Shown piece after piece: positions 1-8,149 of a stretch of DNA of 39,322 nt. Both the position numbers and the translations under genes were made by a program. This DNA comes from an uncultured Candidatus Bathyarchaeia archaeon (GTDB taxonomy: Archaea; Thermoproteota; Bathyarchaeia; TCS64): NCBI GenBank assembly GCA_964628365.1, contig CAZVMI010000002.1, positions 4,897 through 44,218 on the forward strand. Reading direction: 5' to 3'. Below the pieces are notes generated by a model. It did no database searches and was not told where the DNA came from. It was given only the letters and a program-made list of their open reading frames with translations. Every line of letters starts with the position of its first letter. The stretch's first letter is position 1.

Positions 1-2
1 CC

Positions 3-1496
3 CGCACCGTACAGGCTAGGGCTCAGCCGCTCCAAGGGGTACTCCTAAGATCCTCCTCCTGGAGCGAGGAGTTATCCCCTTTTTTGCGAAGTCGTCAAGT
101 TTCACAAGCCCATCTCCTCGGCGACGAACTTAACACGGGGTGGCTCGAGAGACAGGAGGAGGTCCTCGCCGTATCCCTCAAAAACGAGAACCTGCCCAAT
201 CATCTGTACATAGCTTGGCTAAATTATAATCCGCTTAGAGGCGTCGTGGGAATAGATCCCTCGAAGGAGGACCCCATCATGAATCTTAGCTCAGGGCTCG
301 TGGAGGGTAAGCTCCCGGGACCCGGCGGCGTCGTGATAAGCAGGGGTCTTAAGGAAAAACTCGGAGTAGCTGTCGGCGATAACCTCACCCTCAACAACCT
401 GAAAGTCACGCTGCAGGGCGTGATGGACGACACATACCTAGCCAATTTAAAGGAGATGGATGGAAGCGACTACCTGCCGAAGAAGTTAGTGGAGATAAGC
501 CCCATGTCTACGGAGAGCCCGATCGAGGAAACCTGTGAGCCGCACGAGGTCGTCCTAGCCTACATCGATTTGACCCAGGGCCTCTTTTCCGTCGGAGGCT
601 CGAGGATAGCGGTGAAGCTCAGAGAAGGCTACAGCCCCCAAGCCTTCGCTGAGAGGATCGCGCTGGAGAGGGGCTACCAGGCCTGGGCCTCGACGAGTGA
701 AGGTGTCACCTATGCGGGTATAGTCGACTACATCGAGGGAAAGGGCTTCCCGCTTCTCATACCCTGGATTATAGTGGTTCTCAACATAGTCATGATCACC
801 CTGAACTCGCTCTTCGAGAGGAGGTGGGAGATAAACATCCTCTCCTCAATCGGTCTCAACCCGGCACACATATCCCTGATCTTCGTCGCTGAGGTGGGGC
901 TAATGGGCTTCATGGCTGGGGGACTGGGCTACCTCCTCGGCTTCGGCGTCTACAAGCTTATGGGGGCGGTGGGTTTAGCCCTCGAGGTCCACCAGAAGGT
1001 CTCAGCCCTCTGGTTGGTAGCATCGATAATGATTGTCATCGCCGCCGTCTTCGTTGGGGCCTTAACCGCCCTCAAGAGCTCCATCGTGATAACCCCGTCG
1101 CTGGCGAGGAGGTGGAGATTCGATAAGGACAGCTTCGCCTACAACGAGCCTTGGATCATCAAGATACCGCTCAAGCTGAGGGACGAGCAGCTTGATGATT
1201 TCGTCGACTTCATGACGAAGGCGCTGAAGAGGTACGAGGATGATCCCTCCCTCGCCACATCGATGATAAGGACCGAGCGGAGAGGGGACGACGTCTTGAT
1301 ACGCTTCATACACAAATCGGTGAACAGCATGGTGGGGGACATCTACATCCGGAACGTTCTTCTCCTGAAGCCGGGCCCCGGCGGGGAGTACTCTGTCTCC
1401 TTCGAGTCGATAGGTAACTCCGGGATGTCCCACATGAGTGGCAGCCTAGTGAGGCTGCTGACGATGGAGTGGAGCACGACGATGGGGGAGGGCTAG
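3..1496 (+). CDS. FtsX/MacB-type ABC transporter permease with a large extracytoplasmic domain and a ~130-aa C-terminal soluble extension; the 5' end lies outside the window
   Basis: The frame is open from base 3, with no stop before the TTG at 84 used by the ORF track. No N-terminal TM1 is present, so the gene is cut by the window edge. MacB-periplasmic-domain-like GVVISRGLKEKLGVAVGDNLTL is followed by the FtsX core ERRWEINILSSIGLNPAHISLIFVAEVGLMGFMAGGLGYLLG and further TM helices. Stop TAG 1494-1496. Confidence 0.8.
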   Translation, partial: RTVQARAQPLQGVLLRSSSWSEELSPFLRSRQVSQAHLLGDELNTGWLERQEEVLAVSLKNENLPNHLYIAWLNYNPLRGVVGIDPSKEDPIMNLSSGLVEGKLPGPGGVVISRGLKEKLGVAVGDNLTLNNLKVTLQGVMDDTYLANLKEMDGSDYLPKKLVEISPMSTESPIEETCEPHEVVLAYIDLTQGLFSVGGSRIAVKLREGYSPQAFAERIALERGYQAWASTSEGVTYAGIVDYIEGKGFPLLIPWIIVVLNIVMITLNSLFERRWEINILSSIGLNPAHISLIFVAEVGLMGFMAGGLGYLLGFGVYKLMGAVGLALEVHQKVSALWLVASIMIVIAAVFVGALTALKSSIVITPSLARRWRFDKDSFAYNEPWIIKIPLKLRDEQLDDFVDFMTKALKRYEDDPSLATSMIRTERRGDDVLIRFIHKSVNSMVGDIYIRNVLLLKPGPGGEYSVSFESIGNSGMSHMSGSLVRLLTMEWSTTMGEG

Positions 1497-2185
1497 CCCC
1501 TCTCAATCTTCTCTATCCTGCCGTCCCTCATCCATACTATCCTGTCGCTCGCCTTGATCATCTTCAGGTCGTGGGTCGCCGCAATCAATGTGAGCCCTCC
1601 CTTCTTGTTCAGCCCGTGTAGGAGGTCTATGATCTCAGTGCCCGTGTTGAGGTCGAGGTTCCCCGTCGGCTCGTCTGCGAGGATGATGGCGGGGTCGTTA
1701 GCTAGAGCCCTCGCGATGGCTACTCGCTGCTGCTGTCCCGCCGAGAGCTCCGTGGGGCGGTGGTGGAGCCTCTCGCCGAGGCCGACGGATTGGAGGAGCT
1801 TCTCCGCCTTCTTCAGCCCCTCGTCTCTCGGGACGCCTGCGAAGACCGTCGGGAGCGCCACGTTCTCGAGGGCGTTGAGGACCTGTATCAGGTTGAAGGT
1901 CTGGAAGATATAGCCGATCCTCCTGCACCTGAGCCAGGCGAGCTCGTAGGCGTCGAGCTTCGAGATGTCTATGCCGTCTATGTAGACCCTCCCCCTCGTC
2001 GGCCTGTCGAGGCCGCCCACGAGGTTGAAGAGGGTCGTCTTCCCCGAGCCTGAGGGGCCGACGATCGAGACGTACTCGCCTCGGCCTATCTTAAGGTCTA
2101 CTCCGTCCAGGGCCTTGACGGTGTCTCCGCCCATGTCGTAGTGCCTTGCCAAGTCTTCAAGTTCGATTATTGAGTCAAAGCTCAT
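1493..2185 (-). CDS. ABC transporter ATP-binding protein (MacB/LolD-like)
   Basis: Walker A GPSGSGKTT, ABC signature LSAGQQQRVAIARAL, Walker B ILADEPTGNLD, H-loop ATHD. ATG start at 2185 overlaps the upstream permease stop by 11 nt. Confidence 0.93.
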   Translation of the reverse strand: MSFDSIIELEDLARHYDMGGDTVKALDGVDLKIGRGEYVSIVGPSGSGKTTLFNLVGGLDRPTRGRVYIDGIDISKLDAYELAWLRCRRIGYIFQTFNLIQVLNALENVALPTVFAGVPRDEGLKKAEKLLQSVGLGERLHHRPTELSAGQQQRVAIARALANDPAIILADEPTGNLDLNTGTEIIDLLHGLNKKGGLTLIAATHDLKMIKASDRIVWMRDGRIEKIERG

Positions 2186-2789
2186 ACCTTAGCGCCTCCA
2201 CTGGGTTCAGGCGGGCTGCCCTCCAAGCGGGGTAGAGAGTCGCAACCGCGCTGAGTCCTATCGAAAGGGCGATAGAGCCCACGAGGTATGCGAGCAGGTC
2301 CAGCCCTGGAGCCTTGAGGATTATGTCGAAGCCGGTGGTGAAGCCGGCTGATAGAAGACCCGTCAGAACGCCGAGGAGGAAGCCCACGGCGCCGCCTATC
2401 AGCCCCTGTATGATGGCCTCGACCAGGAAGAGCATCACTATGTGGGCGTCCAACGCGCCGAGGCACTTCATCGTGCCTATCTCCCTGTAGCGCTCGTAAA
2501 CGGCTATCAGCATCGCGTTGGTTATGCCGACGACGGAGACGATGAGGGCGACGAATACGAGCCAGTACTGGTAGGTCTCGACGCTGAGGCTCGCGCCGGA
2601 TAGCTGGGAGTAGACCCTGTAGAAGAGGTCGGTCATCATGAGGGAGCTTAGGAAGGCTATGGCGAGGGCTATTGAGGCCATGACTATGGCGGCCCTCTGC
2701 ATCCGACGCTTGATGTAGTCGAAGCCTAGCCGAGACGCGTCCCGAACCGTGAAGGAGACGCTGCTGCGGCGATCCGCCTCTCCGCCCAT
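2175..2789 (-). CDS. Minimal FtsX-family ABC permease (4 TM, very short external loop)
   Basis: FtsX core YERYREIGTMKCLGALDAHIVMLFLVEAIIQGLIGGAVGFLLG and C-terminal YPAWRAARLNPVEALRYE. ATG start. The same-size ORF 2182..2796 in another frame is Arg/Pro-rich and has no motifs. Confidence 0.85.
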   Translation of the reverse strand: MGGEADRRSSVSFTVRDASRLGFDYIKRRMQRAAIVMASIALAIAFLSSLMMTDLFYRVYSQLSGASLSVETYQYWLVFVALIVSVVGITNAMLIAVYERYREIGTMKCLGALDAHIVMLFLVEAIIQGLIGGAVGFLLGVLTGLLSAGFTTGFDIILKAPGLDLLAYLVGSIALSIGLSAVATLYPAWRAARLNPVEALRYEL

Positions 2790-2815
2790 GTTTCAATTGA
2801 TTACAAAAGGTCGAG

Positions 2816-2823
2816 AATAAAGG
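2816..2823 (-). promoter_or_regulatory. TATA-like box for the permease-ATPase operon
   Basis: The minus strand reads AAACTCCTTTATTC. The TATA-like TTTATT lies ~27-32 nt upstream of ATG 2789, which predicts a near-leaderless transcript. Confidence 0.4.
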
Positions 2824-2979
2824 AGTTTCTATCGGAACTCTCGTTAAGTGGCGTACCCCGTCGATTCAGACTTATCCAGGTTATGCTTTGAGAGGATTAA
2901 GTGTTTTTATCAATCAAAGATGTTCGTATCTCCAGCCGGCTAGGTGTTTCATGAATTTTTTGTGGTTACTGGATCGGTT

Positions 2980-3225
2980 CTAGTTGAGGTCGTCGCTCTC
3001 CCATTCCTCGTCCTTGAGGTCCTCGTCGATCTCGTTGTCCTCCCATCCAAGGCAGTCGTAGCAGAGCATCCTCTTCGTGTCCCCGCACTCGCTGCAGAAC
3101 TTGGAGTCGCACTCCTTGCAGACGTTGACGTCTTGGACGTCCATGCCGCATATCTCGCAGACCGGCGTCTCGACCTCACCGTTTCTACGCCGTGGGAGAG
3201 CGGCTAATAAATGTATTGAGGACAC
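2980..3225 (-). CDS. Small zinc-binding protein (4x CxxC) with an acidic Trp-containing tail
   Basis: CEIC, CKEC, CSEC and CYDC pairs predict two Zn sites. They are followed by WEDNEIDEDLKDEEWESDDLN. The GTG start at 3225 directly abuts a GGAGGAGG run. The internal ATG at 3144 would remove the first CxxC, so the start is uncertain. Confidence 0.6.
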   Translation of the reverse strand: MSSIHLLAALPRRRNGEVETPVCEICGMDVQDVNVCKECDSKFCSECGDTKRMLCYDCLGWEDNEIDEDLKDEEWESDDLN

Positions 3226-3399
3226 CTCCTCCCCCCCTATTATTTTTTGGGACGTTTTTTAGGCTCCTTTTCGTCTGATACGCTGCAAAACGTCTTAACG
3301 GGCGTACTTTCTTATACCTTTTTGTGGGGGTTCGTATTTTTTCATACTTACCTTAGGGGAGGAGGGACCCTACGCTTTGAGCCTTCTACCCCTCGAAGG

Positions 3400-4353
3400 T
3401 CAGGCGCCGGCCATCAGCACTCTTAGGAGGGTTTCGTCGACGTTGCCTCCGCTGATTACGATGCCGACCTTCCTGCCCTTGAACCGGCTGGCCTGCTCCA
3501 TGAGGGCGGCGACTCCTACGGCGCCCGATCCCTCGACGACCTCGTGCTGCCTCAATAGCATGAGCCTCATCGCCTCCCTGATGGTCTCTTCCCTGACCAC
3601 GATCCAGTCGTCGACGAGGCGCTGGCAGATGGGGAATGTCACGCTGCCCTGCTCTATGCCTCCGTGGAGCCCCTCGGCTACGGTGTCGAACATGGGGATG
3701 TCTATTATCTTCCCGGCCTTGACGCTCTCGTACATGACTGGGCTCGCCTCTGTCTGGACGCCGATGACCTCGGCGTCCGACGCCTCCTTCCAGACCGTTG
3801 CCACGCCGGAGATGAGGCCGCCTCCACTCACGGGGACCAGGACGGCGTCGAGGCCAGGCTCATCCTCGAGCATCTCGAGCCCGACGGTGCCCTGGCCGGC
3901 GATGAGGTCCGGGTCGTTGTAGGGGCTGAGGAATGGCATCCCGTCGTCGCAGCTCATCCTCTGGGCGAGGCGCTCCGCGTCCATGTACTCGGCGCCGTGG
4001 ACTGTGAGTTCGGCGCCCAGCGCCCTTATGGCGTCCCTCTTCACCTTCGGCGTGTTCTCGGGCACGACGATGACGGCCCTGACGCCGAGCCCCCTGGCTG
4101 CGTAGGCGACACCCTGGGCGTGGTTCCCGGAGGAGGCGGCGACGACCCCACGCCCCCTCTCCTCAGGCTTGAGGAGCATGAGCCTGTTCGCCGCGCCCCT
4201 GATCTTGAATGAGCCCGTCAGCTGCCTGTTCTCCAGCTTCAGCCAGACATCGCAGCCGAAAAGCTCGCTCAGGATGGGCGAATGTTCAAGGGGGGTCCTG
4301 CGTATCCAGCCGCCTATCCTCTTGTGGGCGGCGTAGACATCGTTGAGCTTCAT
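3400..4353 (-). CDS. PLP-dependent threonine/serine dehydratase (fold-type II, no ACT regulatory domain)
   Basis: PLP-lysine motif SFKIRGA, SSGNHAQG, glycine loop PVSGGGLISG. The 317-aa length fits the short catabolic-type enzyme. ATG start. Confidence 0.88.
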   Translation of the reverse strand: MKLNDVYAAHKRIGGWIRRTPLEHSPILSELFGCDVWLKLENRQLTGSFKIRGAANRLMLLKPEERGRGVVAASSGNHAQGVAYAARGLGVRAVIVVPENTPKVKRDAIRALGAELTVHGAEYMDAERLAQRMSCDDGMPFLSPYNDPDLIAGQGTVGLEMLEDEPGLDAVLVPVSGGGLISGVATVWKEASDAEVIGVQTEASPVMYESVKAGKIIDIPMFDTVAEGLHGGIEQGSVTFPICQRLVDDWIVVREETIREAMRLMLLRQHEVVEGSGAVGVAALMEQASRFKGRKVGIVISGGNVDETLLRVLMAGA

Positions 4354-4602
4354 ACGCTAGTGAGTATGGGTTGAAGGATTAATAACGGTAAGCAATCTAT
4401 GGGGAGGAGAGATCATGGAAGTCTTGTAGATTGGGTGACGGGGGAGTCAGATACGCAAAACTTGTTAAAGCAATTCATGAAACTTTGCAAGAAATCCCGA
4501 TTAAAACTGTTAAAAGAAAATGTCTATGATCTACATGGTTGAGGGAGGAGGGAGGATTTGAGCCCATCATGCTCGCTTAAACCAGAGAGGATTTCACTAT
4601 TA

Positions 4603-5079
4603 TTAAGGACTTAACGGAAGACGGTAGTCTCTCCTTCTGCCTATCCAGTCACCTATGAACGCTCCTATGATGTATGGCACAGTGAAACTTATGATAATGG
4701 AAGGCCAAACCCCAAAATGATAGGTTAGCCAGCCGCCGATGCCGCTTACTGCAAGAACTATCCATAGAACGAATCCGATGGGTGTGATCCCGACGAATAT
4801 GTATACAACTCTGTTCACTCTCCTGGACGGTCGTATGCGAATATAGTATGTGATACCTATACAAACAAGGGTTAGAGCTACTCCGTATACAACTCTCTCT
4901 AAAGGAGCATGCACGAGGAAGAAACTAGCCGCCCCCAACGCTACAGTTGATAGTATGACACCTATCCATAGAGGCTTCCACCAAAGCTTAGGACCTTTAA
5001 CTTCGTGTGCGCTCGCACGTATCATGTCTGGATTTCGACACCAGTTTATCAACCGCTTTAACTGATCCGCTCTCATCAC
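4603..5079 (-). CDS. Hypothetical integral membrane protein (about 4 TM helices)
   Basis: Four long hydrophobic segments follow a basic N-terminus; no recognisable motif. The start is GTG 5079 or ATG 5076, and either overlaps the upstream gene's TGA stop (sequence GTGATGA on the minus strand). Confidence 0.6.
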   Translation of the reverse strand: MMRADQLKRLINWCRNPDMIRASAHEVKGPKLWWKPLWIGVILSTVALGAASFFLVHAPLERVVYGVALTLVCIGITYYIRIRPSRRVNRVVYIFVGITPIGFVLWIVLAVSGIGGWLTYHFGVWPSIIISFTVPYIIGAFIGDWIGRRRDYRLPLSP

Positions 5080-5534
5080 TCCATTACCTTCTCGAAGAGT
5101 AGGTCGGCAAGTTTGGAAGGAATAATGACCTCTGAGTACTCTTGAGGATCGACGCCTCTCACCTTCGCCTCTATCAACAACTTCTCCCTGCAGCTTTCAA
5201 CCGCTTCACACTCTGAACAGCGTCCCTCCCCCCTGTACCAGATCTGGATGCCGTTCTCGTCAGAGAAGGTTACAAGGGTGTCCAGACCAAAAATCCGGGA
5301 ATGGCCAAGCAGGAAACCCTTCTCCATGTCCAGCTTGCTTATCTCGACCTTGCTTATGTGGGCTGCCTCAAGCAAAGCCTTGGCGACCTTCGAGTCTATG
5401 ACGCTGAAGGCCTTGTTAACGGTCTGGCGAGTGACACCCATCCTATTTGAAATATTTGCCTGGCTTAGGCCATCAAAACGTAGCCGCCAGAAACTTCTCT
5501 GCTTCGGCGTCAGATAGCCGAACTGAAAGCTCAT
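5076..5534 (-). CDS. tfx: Tfx-like DNA-binding protein (sigma-70 region 4 / LuxR-type HTH plus a C-terminal domain)
   Basis: LTPKQRSFWRLRFDGLSQANISNRMGVTRQTVNKAFSVIDSKVAKAL matches the Tfx/sigma-r4 HTH pattern. ATG at 5534 is preceded by GGAGGT at 5-nt spacing. The ORF-track start at 5606 adds 24 non-conserved residues. The C-terminal half carries CSECEAVESC. Confidence 0.7.
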   Translation of the reverse strand: MSFQFGYLTPKQRSFWRLRFDGLSQANISNRMGVTRQTVNKAFSVIDSKVAKALLEAAHISKVEISKLDMEKGFLLGHSRIFGLDTLVTFSDENGIQIWYRGEGRCSECEAVESCREKLLIEAKVRGVDPQEYSEVIIPSKLADLLFEKVME

Positions 5535-5626
5535 CCATACCTCCGTAAGGTTACATAAGCTTACAATGTTAAAAGGATATCGCCTGTCAAGCGCACAGGT
5601 TGGCACGTATAAAGATTAAGAAGATT

Positions 5627-5639
5627 CTTTAGCCTAAAG
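5627..5639. promoter_or_regulatory. Perfect 6-1-6 palindrome in the tfx / nucleoside-hydrolase divergent region
   Basis: CTTTAG c CTAAAG. It lies 93 nt from the tfx-like ATG and 52 nt from the hydrolase ATG. Confidence 0.3.
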
Positions 5640-5690
5640 CTCTTTTACCCTGCCCACATAATCATCTCTGCGTGGTCAGGTGTTTTAAAA

Positions 5691-6629
5691 ATGAGGCATA
5701 TCATCATCGATACGGACCCTGGGGTCGACGACGCCCTCGCTATAATGCTCGCATTCAGTTCCCCGGAGCTCAGAGTTGAGGCGGTCACGACGGTCCCTGG
5801 GAACGCCAACCAAGATAAGGTCCACGGGAACGCGCTCAAGCTCCTTGAGTTCCTCGGCGTCAAGGACGTCCCAGTCGCCAGGGGAGCGGAGCAGCCCCTC
5901 CTAAGGAAGACGAGCGACGCCGAGGACATCCACGGCAAGACCGGCCTAGGAGACGCCGTCCTGCCAGAGCCCAGGCTAAAATCCGATCCACGGGGGGCCG
6001 TGGAGCTCATCCTGGAGAAGGCGGACGAGCTCGGGAAGGAGCTGACCATCGTCCCAATAGGCCCGCTGACCAACATCGCATCGGCGATCCTCGCTGACCC
6101 AAAGCTGCCGAAGAGGATCGGAGGCCTCGTCATTATGGGAGGCGCCTTCAACCTGACCCCCTACGGGGTTGGGAACGTCAACGCCGTCGCAGAGTTCAAC
6201 ATCTGGCACGACCCAGAGGCCGCGAGGATAATCTTCAACTCAGAAGTCCCCATCGTCGCGGCCGGTCTTGACGTCACCACGCACCCGGACTACAGGCTAC
6301 CGAAGGCGAGGTTCGAGGAGATGATTAAGAAGAAGACTAGGAGGGCGAAGCTCATCGGCGACCTCTGTGGGAGCATGGTGAACAGGTTCAACGGCTTCAG
6401 CCTCCACGATCCCATGGCGATGAGCTACGCCGTCGACCCGACCATGTTCAGGACCGAGAGGCACAGAGTCGATGTAGAGACGAGAGGCGAACTCACCCAG
6501 GGGATGACTGTGATAGACAGGCGCCCATTCCATAAGGCCCGCGCGGAGGCGAACGTCGAAGTCATCGTCTCCGTCGACGCCCCCAGGTTCCTCGACTTCA
6601 TCGTCAAGAGGGTCCTCGGCGAGGGCTAG
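5691..6629 (+). CDS. Inosine/uridine-preferring nucleoside hydrolase family protein
   Basis: N-terminal aspartate cluster IIIDTDPGVDDALAI, typical of IU-nucleoside hydrolases. 312 aa, ATG start. Confidence 0.9.
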   Translation: MRHIIIDTDPGVDDALAIMLAFSSPELRVEAVTTVPGNANQDKVHGNALKLLEFLGVKDVPVARGAEQPLLRKTSDAEDIHGKTGLGDAVLPEPRLKSDPRGAVELILEKADELGKELTIVPIGPLTNIASAILADPKLPKRIGGLVIMGGAFNLTPYGVGNVNAVAEFNIWHDPEAARIIFNSEVPIVAAGLDVTTHPDYRLPKARFEEMIKKKTRRAKLIGDLCGSMVNRFNGFSLHDPMAMSYAVDPTMFRTERHRVDVETRGELTQGMTVIDRRPFHKARAEANVEVIVSVDAPRFLDFIVKRVLGEG

Positions 6630-6631
6630 CC

Positions 6632-7585
6632 TTGGCCGACCTCATCTGCTGCGGCGCCATAAACTGGGACATCAACCTGTTCGTGGAGAGGCTGCCCCGA
6701 GCCGGAGAGGAGGTATCGGTCAAGGAGATACAGCGCGTCTCGGGGGGAACAGCCGCGAACGTCGCCGTCGCCGCCGCCCGCCTACTCGGCCCGAAACGCG
6801 TCGCCTTCATAGGCGCCCTGGGCAAGGACGAGGTCGCCGACAGGCAGCGCGCCATACTCTGGGAGGAGGGCGTCGACGACTCGGGCCTCCTCTACCTCCA
6901 GGGCGAGGAGTCGGGCCAAGCGTACATAAGCATCTCCGCAGACGGCGAGAACGAGATCCACACATTCTTCGGCGCCAACCTAAAGCTGACGGGCGACTGC
7001 CTCAGCGACCCGGAGAGGCTGAGCCTGATAAAGTCCGCGAAGATCGCGGTCATCATGGACCCGCCCATAGAGACCGGGAGATGCCTCGCCGAATTATGCA
7101 GAAGGCACGGCGTCACCGTCATCTGGGACCCAGGAGTCTACGCGGAGCTAGGCCTCGACGCCCTCATGCCGACGCTGAGGAACGTCGACTACTTCATCCT
7201 CAACAGCCTCGAGTTCGAGAACATCCTCGGCACCAGCGACCCACACCGGGTCAGCGTTATCCTCGCAGACAGGGTGAGGGGGATCAAGTGCATCATAAAG
7301 CACGGCGCGGAGGGCTGCACCCTGACGCAGGACAGCGTGGGTGCTACTATCCACATAGACGCCGTCCCCCTCGCCAAGCTCGGCCTCGAGATCGTGAACA
7401 CCGTCGGCTGCGGAGACGCCTTCATAGGCGCCTTCGCCTCCGCCAAGGTCGAGGGACTCGACGACATTGAGGCGCTCAGGCGTGGGAACGCCGCCGGCTC
7501 CTTCAAGGCGACGAGGAAGGAGACCAGGGGAGGCCCGACCAGGAGGGAGCTGGAAGACCTCCTCACGAGGTGGGCCAGCGCATAG
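6632..7585 (+). CDS. PfkB-family sugar/nucleoside kinase (ribokinase-like)
   Basis: GAINWD, GGTAANVAVAAARL and the C-terminal NTVGCGDAFIGAF motif. TTG start 2 nt after the nucleoside hydrolase stop. Confidence 0.88.
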   Translation: MADLICCGAINWDINLFVERLPRAGEEVSVKEIQRVSGGTAANVAVAAARLLGPKRVAFIGALGKDEVADRQRAILWEEGVDDSGLLYLQGEESGQAYISISADGENEIHTFFGANLKLTGDCLSDPERLSLIKSAKIAVIMDPPIETGRCLAELCRRHGVTVIWDPGVYAELGLDALMPTLRNVDYFILNSLEFENILGTSDPHRVSVILADRVRGIKCIIKHGAEGCTLTQDSVGATIHIDAVPLAKLGLEIVNTVGCGDAFIGAFASAKVEGLDDIEALRRGNAAGSFKATRKETRGGPTRRELEDLLTRWASA

Positions 7586-7608
7586 TCAAAGGTACGCGGT
7601 GTTTAGAG

Positions 7609-8073
7609 ATGTCGAGGGGAGTTGAGCGGGTCAGCAGCTTCCTCAGGGAGAGGGGCATCGAGGCGAGGGTCGTCACCCTCGACGACTCGACGAAGACGAG
7701 CCAGATGGCCGCAGACGCCCTCGGCTGCACGGTCGCCGAGATAGCGAAATCCATCGTCTTCAGGGGAGGTGACACCGCGTTGGTCGTGGTCATCAGCGGC
7801 GACAGGCGCGTCGACACCGTGAAGCTCTCCGAGGCGTTCGGCGGCGGCGTCTCCAAGGCGGACGCCGACTGGGTTAGGAAGCGGACAGGCTACGTCATCG
7901 GCGGAGTCCCGCCGTTCCCCCACGGCGAGGGCGTGGAGGTGTTCCTCGATTCCTCGCTGAGGCGCTTTGAGAAGGTCTGGGCCGCGGCAGGCGACCCCAA
8001 CTCGGTCATGCATATCTCAGCCGCCGAGATCGAATGGGTCCTGGGCTCAAAACCGGTCGACGTCGCCCAGTAA
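7609..8073 (+). CDS. YbaK/ProX/EbsC-type aminoacyl-tRNA deacylase (trans-editing domain)
   Basis: Length and pattern (KSIVFRGGD..LVVVISGDRRVD..., GYVIGGVPPF) fit the YbaK family. ATG at 7609 is preferred over the GTG at 7570, which overlaps the kinase gene. Confidence 0.75.
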   Translation: MSRGVERVSSFLRERGIEARVVTLDDSTKTSQMAADALGCTVAEIAKSIVFRGGDTALVVVISGDRRVDTVKLSEAFGGGVSKADADWVRKRTGYVIGGVPPFPHGEGVEVFLDSSLRRFEKVWAAAGDPNSVMHISAAEIEWVLGSKPVDVAQ

Positions 8074-8149
8074 CCGATAAAGACGGCGCCTAGGTCTCAT
8101 GGAAAAGGCGCGAGAACGATAAAAACCAGGTAAAATATGGAGGGGTAGG

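Noticed and set aside
2182-2796. An alternative 204-aa ORF in another frame over the small FtsX permease.
   Set aside because: It has an Arg/Pro/His-rich composition and no TM helices or motifs. The 2175..2789 frame carries the FtsX core and overlaps the ATPase start in operon fashion.
4400-4543. A 47-codon ORF (MGRRDHGSLVDWVTGESDTQNLLKQFMKLCKKSRLKLLKENVYDLHG) in the 249-nt spacer upstream of the dehydratase gene.
   Set aside because: It has no SD or promoter context that I can support and no recognisable motif. It lies in a low-G+C region that looks like a promoter/terminator spacer. I left it unannotated.
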